From NCBI GenBank assembly GCA_051532035.1, contig JAOPTW010000027.1, positions 1 to 64,000 of the forward strand: a stretch of 64,000 bases of DNA, in the 5' to 3' direction. The stretch comes from Fibrobacterales bacterium (lineage in GTDB: Bacteria; Fibrobacterota; Fibrobacteria; Fibrobacterales; JAOPTW01). The notes under the pieces were generated by a model. That model saw only the letters and a program-made list of their open reading frames with translations, searched no databases and was not told the origin of the DNA. This document shows, piece by piece, positions 20,124 to 30,208 of this stretch; positions within the stretch are counted from its first letter, which is position 1, and each line of letters begins with the position of its first letter. Made by a program: the position numbers and the translations under genes.

Positions 20124-20560
20124 ATCTACTATAGGGGTGGATATTTAGAGTCTCTTATTTGTGTGTCCCAATTCAATTAATAAGACTCTAAATAATAAAT
20201 TCAGGTGATTTAGAGGGTATCTGTCCCCAGACACAATATCTCAAGCCCTCGAGAACATGATCTATCATGTCCCTCTATTTCACCTGAATTCTTTTAAAGC
20301 TCAGAAATATACCTCCTACATCGTTAAAAATTCCTCACCGTACAAAAGTACGCCTTTGGACTTTTTGCCTCGTATTAGGCACATTTCTGAGCTTTAAAAT
20401 GTTTTACAAATTTTAAATATTGAATTTGAACTATAAGTACCCTTTTAATGGGATGCGAATAACAACACGCAACCTGATACGCCTTTGGACTTTTTCCCTC
20501 GCATTAGGCGCCTCTTTGAATTTTGAACTATTATAACCCTCTTTATTTTAAATAAAGCTT
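20124..20560. ncRNA. Candidate structured non-coding RNA (three long stems plus a 32-bp direct repeat)
   Basis: Inverted repeats 20142-20159/20179-20194, 20198-20217/20271-20290 and 20292-20308/20383-20399. No ORF of 60 aa or more. Confidence 0.5.
20349..20509. repeat. 32-bp direct repeat, two copies
   Basis: TACGCCTTTGGACTTTTT(G/C)CCTCG(T/C)ATTAGGC at 20349-20380 and 20478-20509, 30/32 identical. Confidence 0.9.
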
Positions 20561-20764
20561 AAAATGCCCTAATGAGGGTCCTTTCGGCAATTATCATGTG
20601 TCATCAATCTACTCTGAACACCCAAATTATCACTGCATACCCCTTACTATGAATTCTATTGCAGCTCATACTTTCGTATTTCCGTTCGAGGCATCAGACT
20701 TTAGACTTTAGACTTCCCTAAAAAATGCTATATTTGCTCACTAATCAAGACCTCAGGAGAGATT

Positions 20765-21790
20765 ATGAATTACGCTGATGCTGGTGTATCACTCGAACGT
20801 GCCGATAAAGCGATGGCAGGAATCAAAAGCCACGTACAATCGACATTCAATAAAAATGTTTTAGGCGATATCGGAAATTTCGGTGGCCTCTTTGCCCTCG
20901 ATAATCTCGGAATGAAAGACCCTATTTTGGTCTCTTCTGTAGATGGTGTTGGCACAAAATTAAAAATCGATTTTGACATGGGGACGCACGAGCTCCCTGG
21001 TCAAGACATCGTAAACCACTGTGTTGATGATATTCTTGTACAAGGTGCAAAACCACTCTTCTTTCTTGACTATGTTGGAACAGGCCGTCTCGAAGATGGT
21101 GTTATGGAAGGTCTTGTTAGTGGCATGGCTAAAGCCTGTCGCGAAAATGGCGCCGTACTTATTGGTGGTGAAACTGCAGAGATGCCTGGTTTTTATCAAG
21201 ATGGTGAATATGACATTTCGGGAACTATTGTCGGTGTTGTTGATCGTGAAGAACTTATTGACGGCAGTACAATTAAAGCTGGAACCGTTGTTCTTGGCCT
21301 CGCATCAAGCGGCCTCCACACTAACGGCTATTCACTTGCCCGTAAAGCCCTTCTTGAAGTTGGCGGATTAAAGCTCGAAGATACCCCTGAAGGCTTTGAG
21401 AAAAACCTCGGTCTTACACTTGCTGAGCCACACCGCTCATACCTCAACTCTATTTACCCACTGGTAAAAGAGAAAAAATTACAGGGTCTTGTACACGTGA
21501 CAGGATCTGGATTCCAAGGAAATATTCCTCGTGTACTTCCAGAAGGTGTTGATGTTGTTATCGATCGTACTGCTTGGGAAGTTCCTCCTGTATTTAAACT
21601 GATCCAAAAAACTGGTGACGTTGAAAAAGACGAAATGTATAACACTTTTAATATGGGCGTTGGCCTTCTCGCATTTGTAGAAGCAGCTGATGTAGAATAC
21701 ATCAAAACTAAACTCGAAGCAGCTGGTGAAAAAGTTTGCGTTTGTGGTGAAGTTATTGCAGGAAACAAATCAGTATCATTTAAAGACTAA
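20765..21790 (+). CDS. purM: Phosphoribosylformylglycinamidine cyclo-ligase
   Basis: YADAGV, DGVGTK, GGETAEMPG, SSGLHTNGYSL and TFNMGVG motifs. Confidence 0.97.
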   Translation: MNYADAGVSLERADKAMAGIKSHVQSTFNKNVLGDIGNFGGLFALDNLGMKDPILVSSVDGVGTKLKIDFDMGTHELPGQDIVNHCVDDILVQGAKPLFFLDYVGTGRLEDGVMEGLVSGMAKACRENGAVLIGGETAEMPGFYQDGEYDISGTIVGVVDREELIDGSTIKAGTVVLGLASSGLHTNGYSLARKALLEVGGLKLEDTPEGFEKNLGLTLAEPHRSYLNSIYPLVKEKKLQGLVHVTGSGFQGNIPRVLPEGVDVVIDRTAWEVPPVFKLIQKTGDVEKDEMYNTFNMGVGLLAFVEAADVEYIKTKLEAAGEKVCVCGEVIAGNKSVSFKD

Positions 21791-21857
21791 GAATTGATCT
21801 ACGCCACCAAGCCCTCTCTTTGGTGCTTGGTGAACGTATATACCGCAGGAATACACT

Positions 21858-23264
21858 ATGGCACTATACCTTTATAATACCGCAAGCAGAAAAAAAGAAC
21901 TCTTTGAGCCCCTTGATGGCACAACAGCAAAGATCTACTGTTGTGGTCCTACGGTATATCACTATGCCCATATTGGAAACCTGCGCACCTTTATCTTTGA
22001 AGACCTTCTTAAACGGTCACTGCAGTATCATGATATTGCTGTTAATCATGTCGTAAATATTACTGATGTTGGTCACCTCACCTCTGACTCTGATCATGGT
22101 GAAGACAAGATGGAAAAAGGCGCTAAACGCACCGGCAAATCAGTGTGGGAAATTGCGCAATACTATACCGATCGATTCATGGAAGACTGTGAGCACCTTA
22201 ATATTATTGCCCCCAACACCTGGTGTAAAGCAACTGACCATATTGCAGAACAGATTAAGCTCACCCAAATACTCGAAGAGAAAGGGTTTACCTATCAGAT
22301 TGAAGATGGTATCTACTTTGATTCTCAAAAATTTGAACGGTACGCCGACTTCGGTAAAATTGATATTGATGGCTTACAAGAAGGCTCTCGTATTGATGTT
22401 GGTGGTAAAAAGTTTCGGACTGATTTTGCCCTCTGGAAGTTCTCTCCAGTAGATACTCAACGTGCAATGGAATGGGAGTCCCCTTGGGGAACCGGCTTTC
22501 CCGGTTGGCACCTAGAGTGTTCGGCTATGGCCATGCACTACCTTGGTGAAACACTCGACATCCATTGTGGTGGCTCGGACCTGGTAAAAGTACACCACAC
22601 CAATGAAATTGCTCAATCAGAATGTGCGACCGGTAAAACTTTTTCGCGTTTTTGGATGCATGGTGAATTTCTTAAAATGGGTAACGACAAAAAAATGTCG
22701 AAGTCAGATGACGAGTTTTTAAAGCTCAGTCTCCTCATTGAGAAAGGGTATTCACCACTCGCCTACCGCTACATGGCACTCACATCGCACTACCGCAACT
22801 TTCTCACCTTTTCGTGGGAAGGACTCGAAGCTGCTAATAACGCAATGAAGTCACTCCGAAAAAAAATCGCCTCTTTTATCGCTGCGCCGTCTCCCATTGA
22901 ATCTGCCCCCGCACTGAAATGGCAAAAAGATTTTACCGCTGCAATAGCTGACGATATCAACGTCCCCAAAGGACTTGGAATACTCAACTCAATGCTCAAG
23001 GATAGTAACGTGGCCAATGCAGAAAAAGCAGCACTCGTTCTCGACTTTGACACGGTACTCGGTCTTGACCTTCATATTATTGAAGAAGAAATTATTGATA
23101 CTGAAGGTGTTGATGTTACAGGTATCGAAGCACTCATTACTCAGCGCACTGAAGCAAAAGCCGAGAAAAACTGGGGTCGCTGCGATGAAATTCGTGATGA
23201 ACTTCTTGCACAAGGCATTGTACTCAAAGACTCTAAAGAGGGTACCACCTGGGAAAAAGCCTAA
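21858..23264 (+). CDS. cysS: Cysteine--tRNA ligase
   Basis: CGPTVY, HIGN, DFALWK, GFPGWHLEC and KMSKS motifs. Confidence 0.97.
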   Translation: MALYLYNTASRKKELFEPLDGTTAKIYCCGPTVYHYAHIGNLRTFIFEDLLKRSLQYHDIAVNHVVNITDVGHLTSDSDHGEDKMEKGAKRTGKSVWEIAQYYTDRFMEDCEHLNIIAPNTWCKATDHIAEQIKLTQILEEKGFTYQIEDGIYFDSQKFERYADFGKIDIDGLQEGSRIDVGGKKFRTDFALWKFSPVDTQRAMEWESPWGTGFPGWHLECSAMAMHYLGETLDIHCGGSDLVKVHHTNEIAQSECATGKTFSRFWMHGEFLKMGNDKKMSKSDDEFLKLSLLIEKGYSPLAYRYMALTSHYRNFLTFSWEGLEAANNAMKSLRKKIASFIAAPSPIESAPALKWQKDFTAAIADDINVPKGLGILNSMLKDSNVANAEKAALVLDFDTVLGLDLHIIEEEIIDTEGVDVTGIEALITQRTEAKAEKNWGRCDEIRDELLAQGIVLKDSKEGTTWEKA

Positions 23265-23271
23265 CGATACG

Positions 23272-24528
23272 TTAGTGCAAAGGAAAGGTCATAGTAAAAC
23301 AGACCCCTCGACTCTCATTATTTTTAACCGCAATAGAACCACCCATCTCTGTCATATAGTTTGCACAAGAATGGAGGCCAAAGCCATGGCCATTATCCTT
23401 GGTGGTAAAGCCATGGCTAAATATCTTGGTTAACAACTCATCTCTAATTTTTCTGCCATTATTACTAACCGAGATTGAGAGAAGATGAGCCTCCTCCCTC
23501 ACTGCGATTACAATATTCCGTTCACCAAAAGGGTTAAACATCAACTCTTCTTTCGCGTTTTTTAAGAGATTCACTAAGATATGCTGTACCTTTGATTTTT
23601 GTGCTACAAAAGTTCTATTGGTATGATAATCTTGAACTACCTGTATCGAGTACTGCTGCAGAGATCCATCGATCATTTCAATGGTATCGCCAATAACCAT
23701 TCTCGGTTCTATCTCTTGGTTTTCAATGGGGGCCGTTGCAAACTCCTGTTGAGAACGAATGACATCTCGAATTGCGGTAATTTTGTCAAGCATTCTTCCG
23801 AGATGATATTCCATTGAATCTCGTTCATTAGTACACTCATCTGAGAGAGCGATAAAATACTTAAGAAGCGTTTCACCTTTGGAATCATTGGCAATAAAAT
23901 CCATAAGGTTATCTTCATGCTCTCTTAAAAGATTTGACGCATCAATGAGTTTTTGTATGGTACTCCCCACATGAATATCATTGATACTTTCATAAGAAAA
24001 TATTACCGTATTGAGTAAGTTACCCACATTGTGGAGTACTGAGGTTGCAACTTCGGCCTTGCCCGCCGCATGCGCATTTTCTATCAAAATATTTTGACTT
24101 TCAATGAGCTGTTGCTCTGCTTTTTTACGACTATCAATATCGTGAACCCAAAAAAGCAGGGACTCTTTACCTTCAAATAAAATCAACTTCCAAGTGAGCA
24201 AGCTCCAAAACTCGTCTCCATCGTCACGCTTTAAAAGCATCTCGCAGTCAACGACATCACCATCTTCAATAAATTTTTCCCAGAGATCACCTCTTTGTTC
24301 GGGATAGGCCCAAAAATCTACTGCAGATCGCCCTACAAGTGCTGCTCTATGAAGCTCTTCTAATGTATCATTTGCGTAATGAATTAAACCTGTTTCAAAA
24401 TCAGATATTCCAATACCAATAGGGCTACTATTGAGAATATCTATAAACATCTGTGTTTCTGTACTAAGCTCTGGAGGTGAAACAGCTTCTATATCCTGCC
24501 CACCCATTGACGAAAACAAATATTTCAT
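23272..24528 (-). CDS. Cytoplasmic PAS sensor histidine kinase
   Basis: PAS domain; H-box VLHNVGNLLN; NLLKNA; FSHGFTTK..GHGFGLH. Confidence 0.85.
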   Translation of the reverse strand: MKYLFSSMGGQDIEAVSPPELSTETQMFIDILNSSPIGIGISDFETGLIHYANDTLEELHRAALVGRSAVDFWAYPEQRGDLWEKFIEDGDVVDCEMLLKRDDGDEFWSLLTWKLILFEGKESLLFWVHDIDSRKKAEQQLIESQNILIENAHAAGKAEVATSVLHNVGNLLNTVIFSYESINDIHVGSTIQKLIDASNLLREHEDNLMDFIANDSKGETLLKYFIALSDECTNERDSMEYHLGRMLDKITAIRDVIRSQQEFATAPIENQEIEPRMVIGDTIEMIDGSLQQYSIQVVQDYHTNRTFVAQKSKVQHILVNLLKNAKEELMFNPFGERNIVIAVREEAHLLSISVSNNGRKIRDELLTKIFSHGFTTKDNGHGFGLHSCANYMTEMGGSIAVKNNESRGVCFTMTFPLH

Positions 24529-24884
24529 AGCACCTGATTAACTCTAAAAAGAAAGCACTACTCAGCCCCTTCTCTACCATTTTTGATCCATTTAATATAC
24601 TTTCATATTGAGTATGAGTGATGCTTTTTTGCCTTTTTTGTAGGGTTTCATGGTTGATAAATTATTGACAGACCCCCCTTTTTCACCATTTTATAAGAGA
24701 TTTTTTTATCATTTGCTCATAGAGAGCTCTTTTTTTAATAAAAGAACCCTCTATTTTGAACATATAGTATATTCTCTCTTTGTGGTATAAAACACCATTT
24801 TTACCTGAGATATACCCATACGAACGAAAAGCCAAACACTCATAAGAGTATTTGGACAGAGAAACCTTTTATCGGATAGAGAAC

Positions 24885-25481
24885 ATGACCTATTTTACCA
24901 ACGGTTGCGAAAAAGAAGACGAAAAAAAAGAAGAGAAAAAAGATAATATTGCCATGAAACAAGAAGAGTTTTTTCATGACAACCGGACTCTTTTTTTATG
25001 GGGTGGTGTTGATGATGACAGCGCTTCAAAGCTTATTAAAGCGATGCTCTATCTCGACAGTGTCTCTCAAGATGATATTACCCTATTGATCAATAGCCCT
25101 GGTGGCGTGATCTCTTCGGGCCTTGCAATCTATGACTGCATGCACTCTATTAAATCTGATGTACGCACCATTGTTTGTGGCCAAGCTGCCAGTATGGGCG
25201 CGGTCCTTCTTTGTGCTGGTGCACCAGGCAAACGCTTTGCATGGAATCACGCACGGGTCATGATTCACCAACCGCTTATTCAAGGACATATGCAGGGACC
25301 TGCATCAGACATTGAAATTCAGGCTGATGAAATGCTTAGAATTCGAGAAACCCTCAATGGAATACTTGCGAAGCACTCCGGTCAAAATGTTGAAACTATC
25401 GAAAAAGATACTGACCGTGACAACTTCATGGACCCACAACAGGCAACTGACTACGGTTTAATTGACGGTATTGAGTCGTAA
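24885..25481 (+). CDS. clpP: ATP-dependent Clp protease proteolytic subunit
   Basis: INSPGG, GQAASMG (Ser), MIHQP (His) and DRDNFM (Asp). Confidence 0.95.
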   Translation: MTYFTNGCEKEDEKKEEKKDNIAMKQEEFFHDNRTLFLWGGVDDDSASKLIKAMLYLDSVSQDDITLLINSPGGVISSGLAIYDCMHSIKSDVRTIVCGQAASMGAVLLCAGAPGKRFAWNHARVMIHQPLIQGHMQGPASDIEIQADEMLRIRETLNGILAKHSGQNVETIEKDTDRDNFMDPQQATDYGLIDGIES

Positions 25482-25505
25482 GGGTATCCCTCCAAAAGAG
25501 ATGTA

Positions 25506-26375
25506 ATGGAAGCGGTTAAAGAGCGATATCAACAGCAGATAGATAATCTGGATCAGGTATCCTCACTCCCTACAATTATTTCAAAAGTCCTCAAGGTAGT
25601 GAATCATCCACGATCTGCTGCAGAGGACGTTGCCTGGTACATTGAGAAAGATATTGGCCTTGCGAGTAAAGTACTCAAAATGGCCAATTCATCGTACTAT
25701 GGTATTCCTAAAACAATTGGTAGTGTTCACTCCTCAGTGGTAATCCTCGGATTTAATACACTCAAATCAATAGTGCTCTCTACCTCGGTAAAAAAACTCT
25801 TTCCCGACGAATCGAAAGTTCCCCACTTCAATTTGAAAAAGTTTTGGAAACACTCAATAGAAGTGGCTATGATCAGCAAATACTTGGCAAAGGTTTCAAG
25901 TAGTAGTATTGATGATGAAATCGCCTTTAGTTCTGGACTTCTCCATGAAGTAGGTCTCTTGGTTATTGATCAATTCTCACCAGAAGCCTTTGTAGAAGTC
26001 ATTGATATGGTACAAAAAGAGAGCTGTACCCTCGTTGCTGCCGAAGAGCGCACCATGGGAATCACTCACCTGACCATCAATAAAATGCTTTTTGATAAAT
26101 GGGGACTTCCCGAAGCCCTCTCAACACCTATTCACAATCACATGACTCTAAATGAGTCTATAGAACACCGTACTGCATCATATATACTCCATCTTGCCAA
26201 TCACATCTCATATCTCCGCGGTTCATTTTGTATAGAGAAGGAACCCGTTCCTCCCCTCAATGAAGAGACCTTTGAAGTCCTCGGGATCGATCAAACTATG
26301 GATGGATTGATGGGCGATATTGCAACAGAACTTGAAAATTTTTCTGAAGTATTTTCACTCATATACTCAGGATAA
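25506..26375 (+). CDS. HDOD domain protein
   Basis: LPTI, VLKMANSSYYG, FWKHS, GLLHEVG and KWGLP motifs. Confidence 0.85.
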   Translation: MEAVKERYQQQIDNLDQVSSLPTIISKVLKVVNHPRSAAEDVAWYIEKDIGLASKVLKMANSSYYGIPKTIGSVHSSVVILGFNTLKSIVLSTSVKKLFPDESKVPHFNLKKFWKHSIEVAMISKYLAKVSSSSIDDEIAFSSGLLHEVGLLVIDQFSPEAFVEVIDMVQKESCTLVAAEERTMGITHLTINKMLFDKWGLPEALSTPIHNHMTLNESIEHRTASYILHLANHISYLRGSFCIEKEPVPPLNEETFEVLGIDQTMDGLMGDIATELENFSEVFSLIYSG

Positions 26376-26397
26376 CAGTAAGACATAAGGAACACCC

Positions 26398-27306
26398 ATG
26401 GGATTTTTTAACACGATAAAAAAAGGCCTCACCAAGACCAGGGAATCTTTCAGCAATGAGCTGGGAACGATACTGGGTAAAGGCGTTTTAACCGAAGAAA
26501 AACTTGAAGAAATTGAAGAGCAGCTGATTAGAGCAGATATTGGGGTTGATACCGTATTTGCTCTTGTTGACTCACTCCGTGATCAAGCTCTTGGAAAGTC
26601 ACTTTCAGCAGATCAATTAATGAATATGTTAGGCGCTATCGCCTCTGACCTCCTTGTAGACCCCAAAGAGATTAATTGGGGCATAAAGCCACACGTCGTT
26701 CTCATTATCGGTGTCAACGGCGCAGGTAAAACAACCTCAATTGGCAAACTCTCACACTACTATAAAAAGCAAGGTAAAAAAGTACTCATCGCTGCAGCCG
26801 ATACTTTTAGAGCGGCTGCAATTGAACAACTCGAGGTATGGGCTGATCGTACTGACGCTGAATTTGTAAAGCATCAAGAGGGTTCTGATGCGGCATCGGT
26901 AGTATATGATGCATACGAAGCTGCACAGGCACGTGACTGTGATGTACTGTTAGTTGATACTGCAGGGCGGCTACACAACAAAGAACACCTTATGGAAGAG
27001 CTAAAAAAGATTGTTCGTATATTACGTAAACACGATGAAAGCCTCCCTCACGAATCTATTCTCGTCATAGATGGCAACACAGGTCAAAACACTGTGAACC
27101 AAATCAAGCGCTTTAACCATGCTATTCCCCTTGACGGCCTTATTGTGACAAAACTTGATGGTACCGCCAAAGGTGGTTCTGTCATATCAATGTCTAATGA
27201 ATTGAAGCTCCCTATTGATTGGCTCGGTATGGGTGAATCAATAGACGACCTTGTCCCCTTTTCTAAAGAGGAGTACATTAAGGGTCTCTTCTCTACGGAC
27301 GAATAA
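26398..27306 (+). CDS. ftsY: Signal recognition particle receptor
   Basis: GVNGAGKTT, DTFRAAA, DTAGRL and TKLDGTAKGG motifs. Confidence 0.97.
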   Translation: MGFFNTIKKGLTKTRESFSNELGTILGKGVLTEEKLEEIEEQLIRADIGVDTVFALVDSLRDQALGKSLSADQLMNMLGAIASDLLVDPKEINWGIKPHVVLIIGVNGAGKTTSIGKLSHYYKKQGKKVLIAAADTFRAAAIEQLEVWADRTDAEFVKHQEGSDAASVVYDAYEAAQARDCDVLLVDTAGRLHNKEHLMEELKKIVRILRKHDESLPHESILVIDGNTGQNTVNQIKRFNHAIPLDGLIVTKLDGTAKGGSVISMSNELKLPIDWLGMGESIDDLVPFSKEEYIKGLFSTDE

Positions 27307-27734
27307 TGCGCGCACTGGTTTTCATAGTTATACTCCTCCTTATATCACACTGTGAAAACAGTGAGCCTATTGACGACACCTATGTCTCTATCTATGTACT
27401 CACACGTCTTGCCAATACACAGTTTGGCTCTACGACCAAAAAGGCAGAGAACTATCGAGCGTCAATATTTAAACATTACAGCATAAAAGAGGAGCTCTAT
27501 ATTAGTGAAATAGCGCGCCTCAAAAATGACCCCGAGCAGTGGCAGCTGTTTCAGGACCGTGTCATAGAGGATATTAAACAACGAGATACCGCCCTTGATC
27601 TCCACGAGTTAAGAATGAGACAGCTCGACTCACTCCGCCGCGACTCACTTTTGAATGACTCAATAAATAGAGAGCTTCCTCTAGACACTCTCATCCCAGA
27701 CAGTACCCAGTTAATAAAGGATACCCTCAAATGA
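27306..27734 (+). CDS. Hypothetical lipoprotein
   Basis: Hydrophobic N-terminus ending LISHC; coupled to ftsY. Confidence 0.55.
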   Translation: MRALVFIVILLLISHCENSEPIDDTYVSIYVLTRLANTQFGSTTKKAENYRASIFKHYSIKEELYISEIARLKNDPEQWQLFQDRVIEDIKQRDTALDLHELRMRQLDSLRRDSLLNDSINRELPLDTLIPDSTQLIKDTLK

Positions 27735-28303
27735 CCTCTCTCTCATGGACAACCCGTTTAATCATTATTGGACTTATAGCACTCATTGCAGCATGTTCTA
27801 AAGTCAGCGATAAAAAAGTTCAACAACACGACGATTCACCAATACAATGGCTCACTTTTGAAGAAGGGCTCAAAAAAGCAACGACAGAGAAAAAGTTGAT
27901 GTTTGTCGATCTCTATGCTGATTGGTGTGGACCTTGTAAATACATGGATGCAACCACCTATAAAGACTCTTCTGTTGCGGCACTCCTCAATTCTCGGTTC
28001 GTACCCATTAAAATTGACGCAGACCAAGCTGAGCCTATGGCTTGTGAAGTTAAGCATCAACTCCCTCCTATGGAGTGCGCCGCTAAAGTGTGGCAAGTGC
28101 AAGGGCTCCCCGGCACAATTATCCTTGACTCAAAAGGGTATTTTTTAACCTCTACAATGGGCATCCAAGAGGCCAAGAATTTAATTGAATCACTCAACCT
28201 CTTACTCGACAAAGAAGAAGTCCTCCTTAATATTGTCTCTGAAGAAATCGCACGACAAGCAGATTCTATTGCCACTTCTAAAATTAAACCAACACCAAAC
28301 TAA
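27731..28303 (+). CDS. Thioredoxin-family lipoprotein
   Basis: Lipobox IAAC; YADWCGPCK active site. Confidence 0.85.
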   Translation: MTSLSWTTRLIIIGLIALIAACSKVSDKKVQQHDDSPIQWLTFEEGLKKATTEKKLMFVDLYADWCGPCKYMDATTYKDSSVAALLNSRFVPIKIDADQAEPMACEVKHQLPPMECAAKVWQVQGLPGTIILDSKGYFLTSTMGIQEAKNLIESLNLLLDKEEVLLNIVSEEIARQADSIATSKIKPTPN

Positions 28304-28321
28304 TTAAACTATACTTTGACT

Positions 28322-28771
28322 ATGAAACAATTGATTATTATCACTCTGATCTCACTCGCCTCAAGCTTTGCAGCGAGCAATGCTCTTGACTTCACCTTAG
28401 GTACTATAAATCCAGGTACAGACAAAACTGCCTTTAATCTCGATTTTAGTGGTAACTACTGGTATCAATGGGACCAAATGGTGCTTCTTGGTGGTGGTGG
28501 TGGTGTACAACAGTTTGGCAATAAGCGATCCTACCAAGCACTCCTTGGCGGTATTTTCCGGCTCCCCATTGGCGGCCAAATGCTCCCTATTATCACAGGG
28601 AATTGGGGCTACAGCTTTGGACAAAGGGGAGAATTCCTCTATAAAGCTGGTGGTGGTTTTGACCTAAAGCTTGGGGATAACTCGAGCCTCCTTGCTGTGG
28701 GTGGCTATCAGAGCAATACCCATACTGGTTCATATATATATCTTCGTGGTGGTATACTACTAGAGTTTTAG
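28322..28771 (+). CDS. Small outer-membrane beta-barrel-like protein
   Basis: Signal peptide, Gly/aromatic amphipathic strands, terminal Phe. Confidence 0.55.
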   Translation: MKQLIIITLISLASSFAASNALDFTLGTINPGTDKTAFNLDFSGNYWYQWDQMVLLGGGGGVQQFGNKRSYQALLGGIFRLPIGGQMLPIITGNWGYSFGQRGEFLYKAGGGFDLKLGDNSSLLAVGGYQSNTHTGSYIYLRGGILLEF

Positions 28772-28912
28772 GCACAATGTCTGACTCACTACACTCCCTC
28801 TTTGTGCGAAATATATATTCCACACCTCTGTGACTTTTAAATAATCTACATTACGTATAACGAATATTCTAACTGAATAGTTTTCAGATTTTTTACTAGA
28901 AAGGAGTCCTCT

Positions 28913-30127
28913 ATGAGCGATATTTCATCCATACCCATGCCCGACGAAAAAGGTTTTTTTGGCGAGTTCGGCGGAGCATTTGTACCCCCGCAACTCGAAC
29001 CAATTCTCCAAGAGATCACCGATGCCTATAATGAGATAAAAACCGATCCGGCGTTTACTGAAGAACTTGAGATGCTCTATAAGACCTACGTTGGTAGACC
29101 AAGCGCGCTTTTTCATGCAAAAAACCTCTCGAATAAACTCGGTGGCGGGCAAATATTTTTTAAGCGCGAAGACCTCAATCACACTGGTGCTCACAAAATC
29201 AATCACTGCTTGGGTGAAGCGCTTCTTGCAAAAAAAATGGGCAAGAAAAAGCTGATTGCAGAGACCGGAGCTGGCCAGCATGGGGTTGCCCTTGCAACTG
29301 CTGCGGTACTTGTTGGACTTGAGTGTGACATTTATATGGGTGAAATTGACATTGCAAAAGAGCACCCCAATGTTCTACGCATGAAAATTCTTGGTGCCAA
29401 TGTAATCCCCGTTGATCGTGGAACCAGAACTCTTAAAGATGCTGTTGACGCAGCTTTTGAAGCCTATGTTGCCGACCCAGCAACTCAGCTTTATGCTATT
29501 GGATCAGTTGTAGGGCCCCACCCCTTCCCTATGATGGTACGCGACTTTCAGGCAATTATCGGAAAAGAGGCCAAAGAGCAGTTCAATGAAGTACTCGGTA
29601 AAAATCCTGACAACCTCATTGCCTGTATTGGTGGCGGATCAAATGCCATGGGACTTTTTAGCGCATTTCTTAAAGACTCCAAAGTTTCAATGTATGGTGT
29701 AGAACCTTCAGGGCGTGGTCTTGATACCCCTGATCACGCTGCAACCCTCACTCTTGGTTCACCAGGAATGCTTCATGGTTTTAAGTGCTACAACTTACAA
29801 AATGACGCTGGCGAGCCACTTCCGGTCTACTCTGTTGCTAGTGGCCTTGACTATCCAGGGGTCGGACCACAACACAGTCTCCTCAAAGATCTTGGTCGAG
29901 TTAATTATGTAACCGCATCTGATACAGAAGCGATTGATGCCTTTTTTGAAATATCTCGTACAGAAGGTATTATCCCAGCAATTGAAAGTGCCCATGCTAT
30001 AGCATATGCAATAAAGCTCGCCCCAACCCTTACAAAAGACCAGACTATTTTGGTAAATCTATCGGGGCGTGGAGATAAAGATATCGACTTTGTTGTAGAG
30101 AATTACGGCGCCAACTACGGCTTATAA
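28913..30127 (+). CDS. trpB: Tryptophan synthase beta chain
   Basis: [39 protein letters not shown] and NLSGRGDKD motifs. Confidence 0.95.
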   Translation: MSDISSIPMPDEKGFFGEFGGAFVPPQLEPILQEITDAYNEIKTDPAFTEELEMLYKTYVGRPSALFHAKNLSNKLGGGQIFFKREDLNHTGAHKINHCLGEALLAKKMGKKKLIAETGAGQHGVALATAAVLVGLECDIYMGEIDIAKEHPNVLRMKILGANVIPVDRGTRTLKDAVDAAFEAYVADPATQLYAIGSVVGPHPFPMMVRDFQAIIGKEAKEQFNEVLGKNPDNLIACIGGGSNAMGLFSAFLKDSKVSMYGVEPSGRGLDTPDHAATLTLGSPGMLHGFKCYNLQNDAGEPLPVYSVASGLDYPGVGPQHSLLKDLGRVNYVTASDTEAIDAFFEISRTEGIIPAIESAHAIAYAIKLAPTLTKDQTILVNLSGRGDKDIDFVVENYGANYGL

Positions 30128-30150
30128 GTACAATGAATAATTAAGAGCAC

Positions 30151-30191
30151 AAGGCCAGTATACGAACGAAAATCATTCTTATACTGGCCTT
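30151..30191. terminator. Hairpin terminator between convergent genes
   Basis: AAGGCCAGTATA ... TATACTGGCCTT, a 12-bp inverted repeat followed by T's. Confidence 0.6.
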
Positions 30192-30208
30192 TTACTGATC
30201 GTTTTTAA

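Noticed and set aside
20198..20290. Cloverleaf as a tRNA gene
   Set aside because: No TTCRA T-loop, no D-loop GG, no 7-nt anticodon loop, and the closing stem is far too long.
20349..20509. 32-bp repeats as a CRISPR array
   Set aside because: Only two copies, separated by 97 nt, and no cas genes in the window.
20696..20716. AGACTTT x3 microrepeat upstream of purM
   Set aside because: Real but short; it overlaps the likely -35 region, and there is no evidence of function or variability.
20400..20764. Purine-related riboswitch (ZTP or ykkC/PRPP) controlling purM
   Set aside because: Conserved cores are not recognisable on the purM strand. A faint ykkC-like GAGGGAAAAAGTCC is on the opposite strand and lacks the 5' CTAGGGTTCC element.
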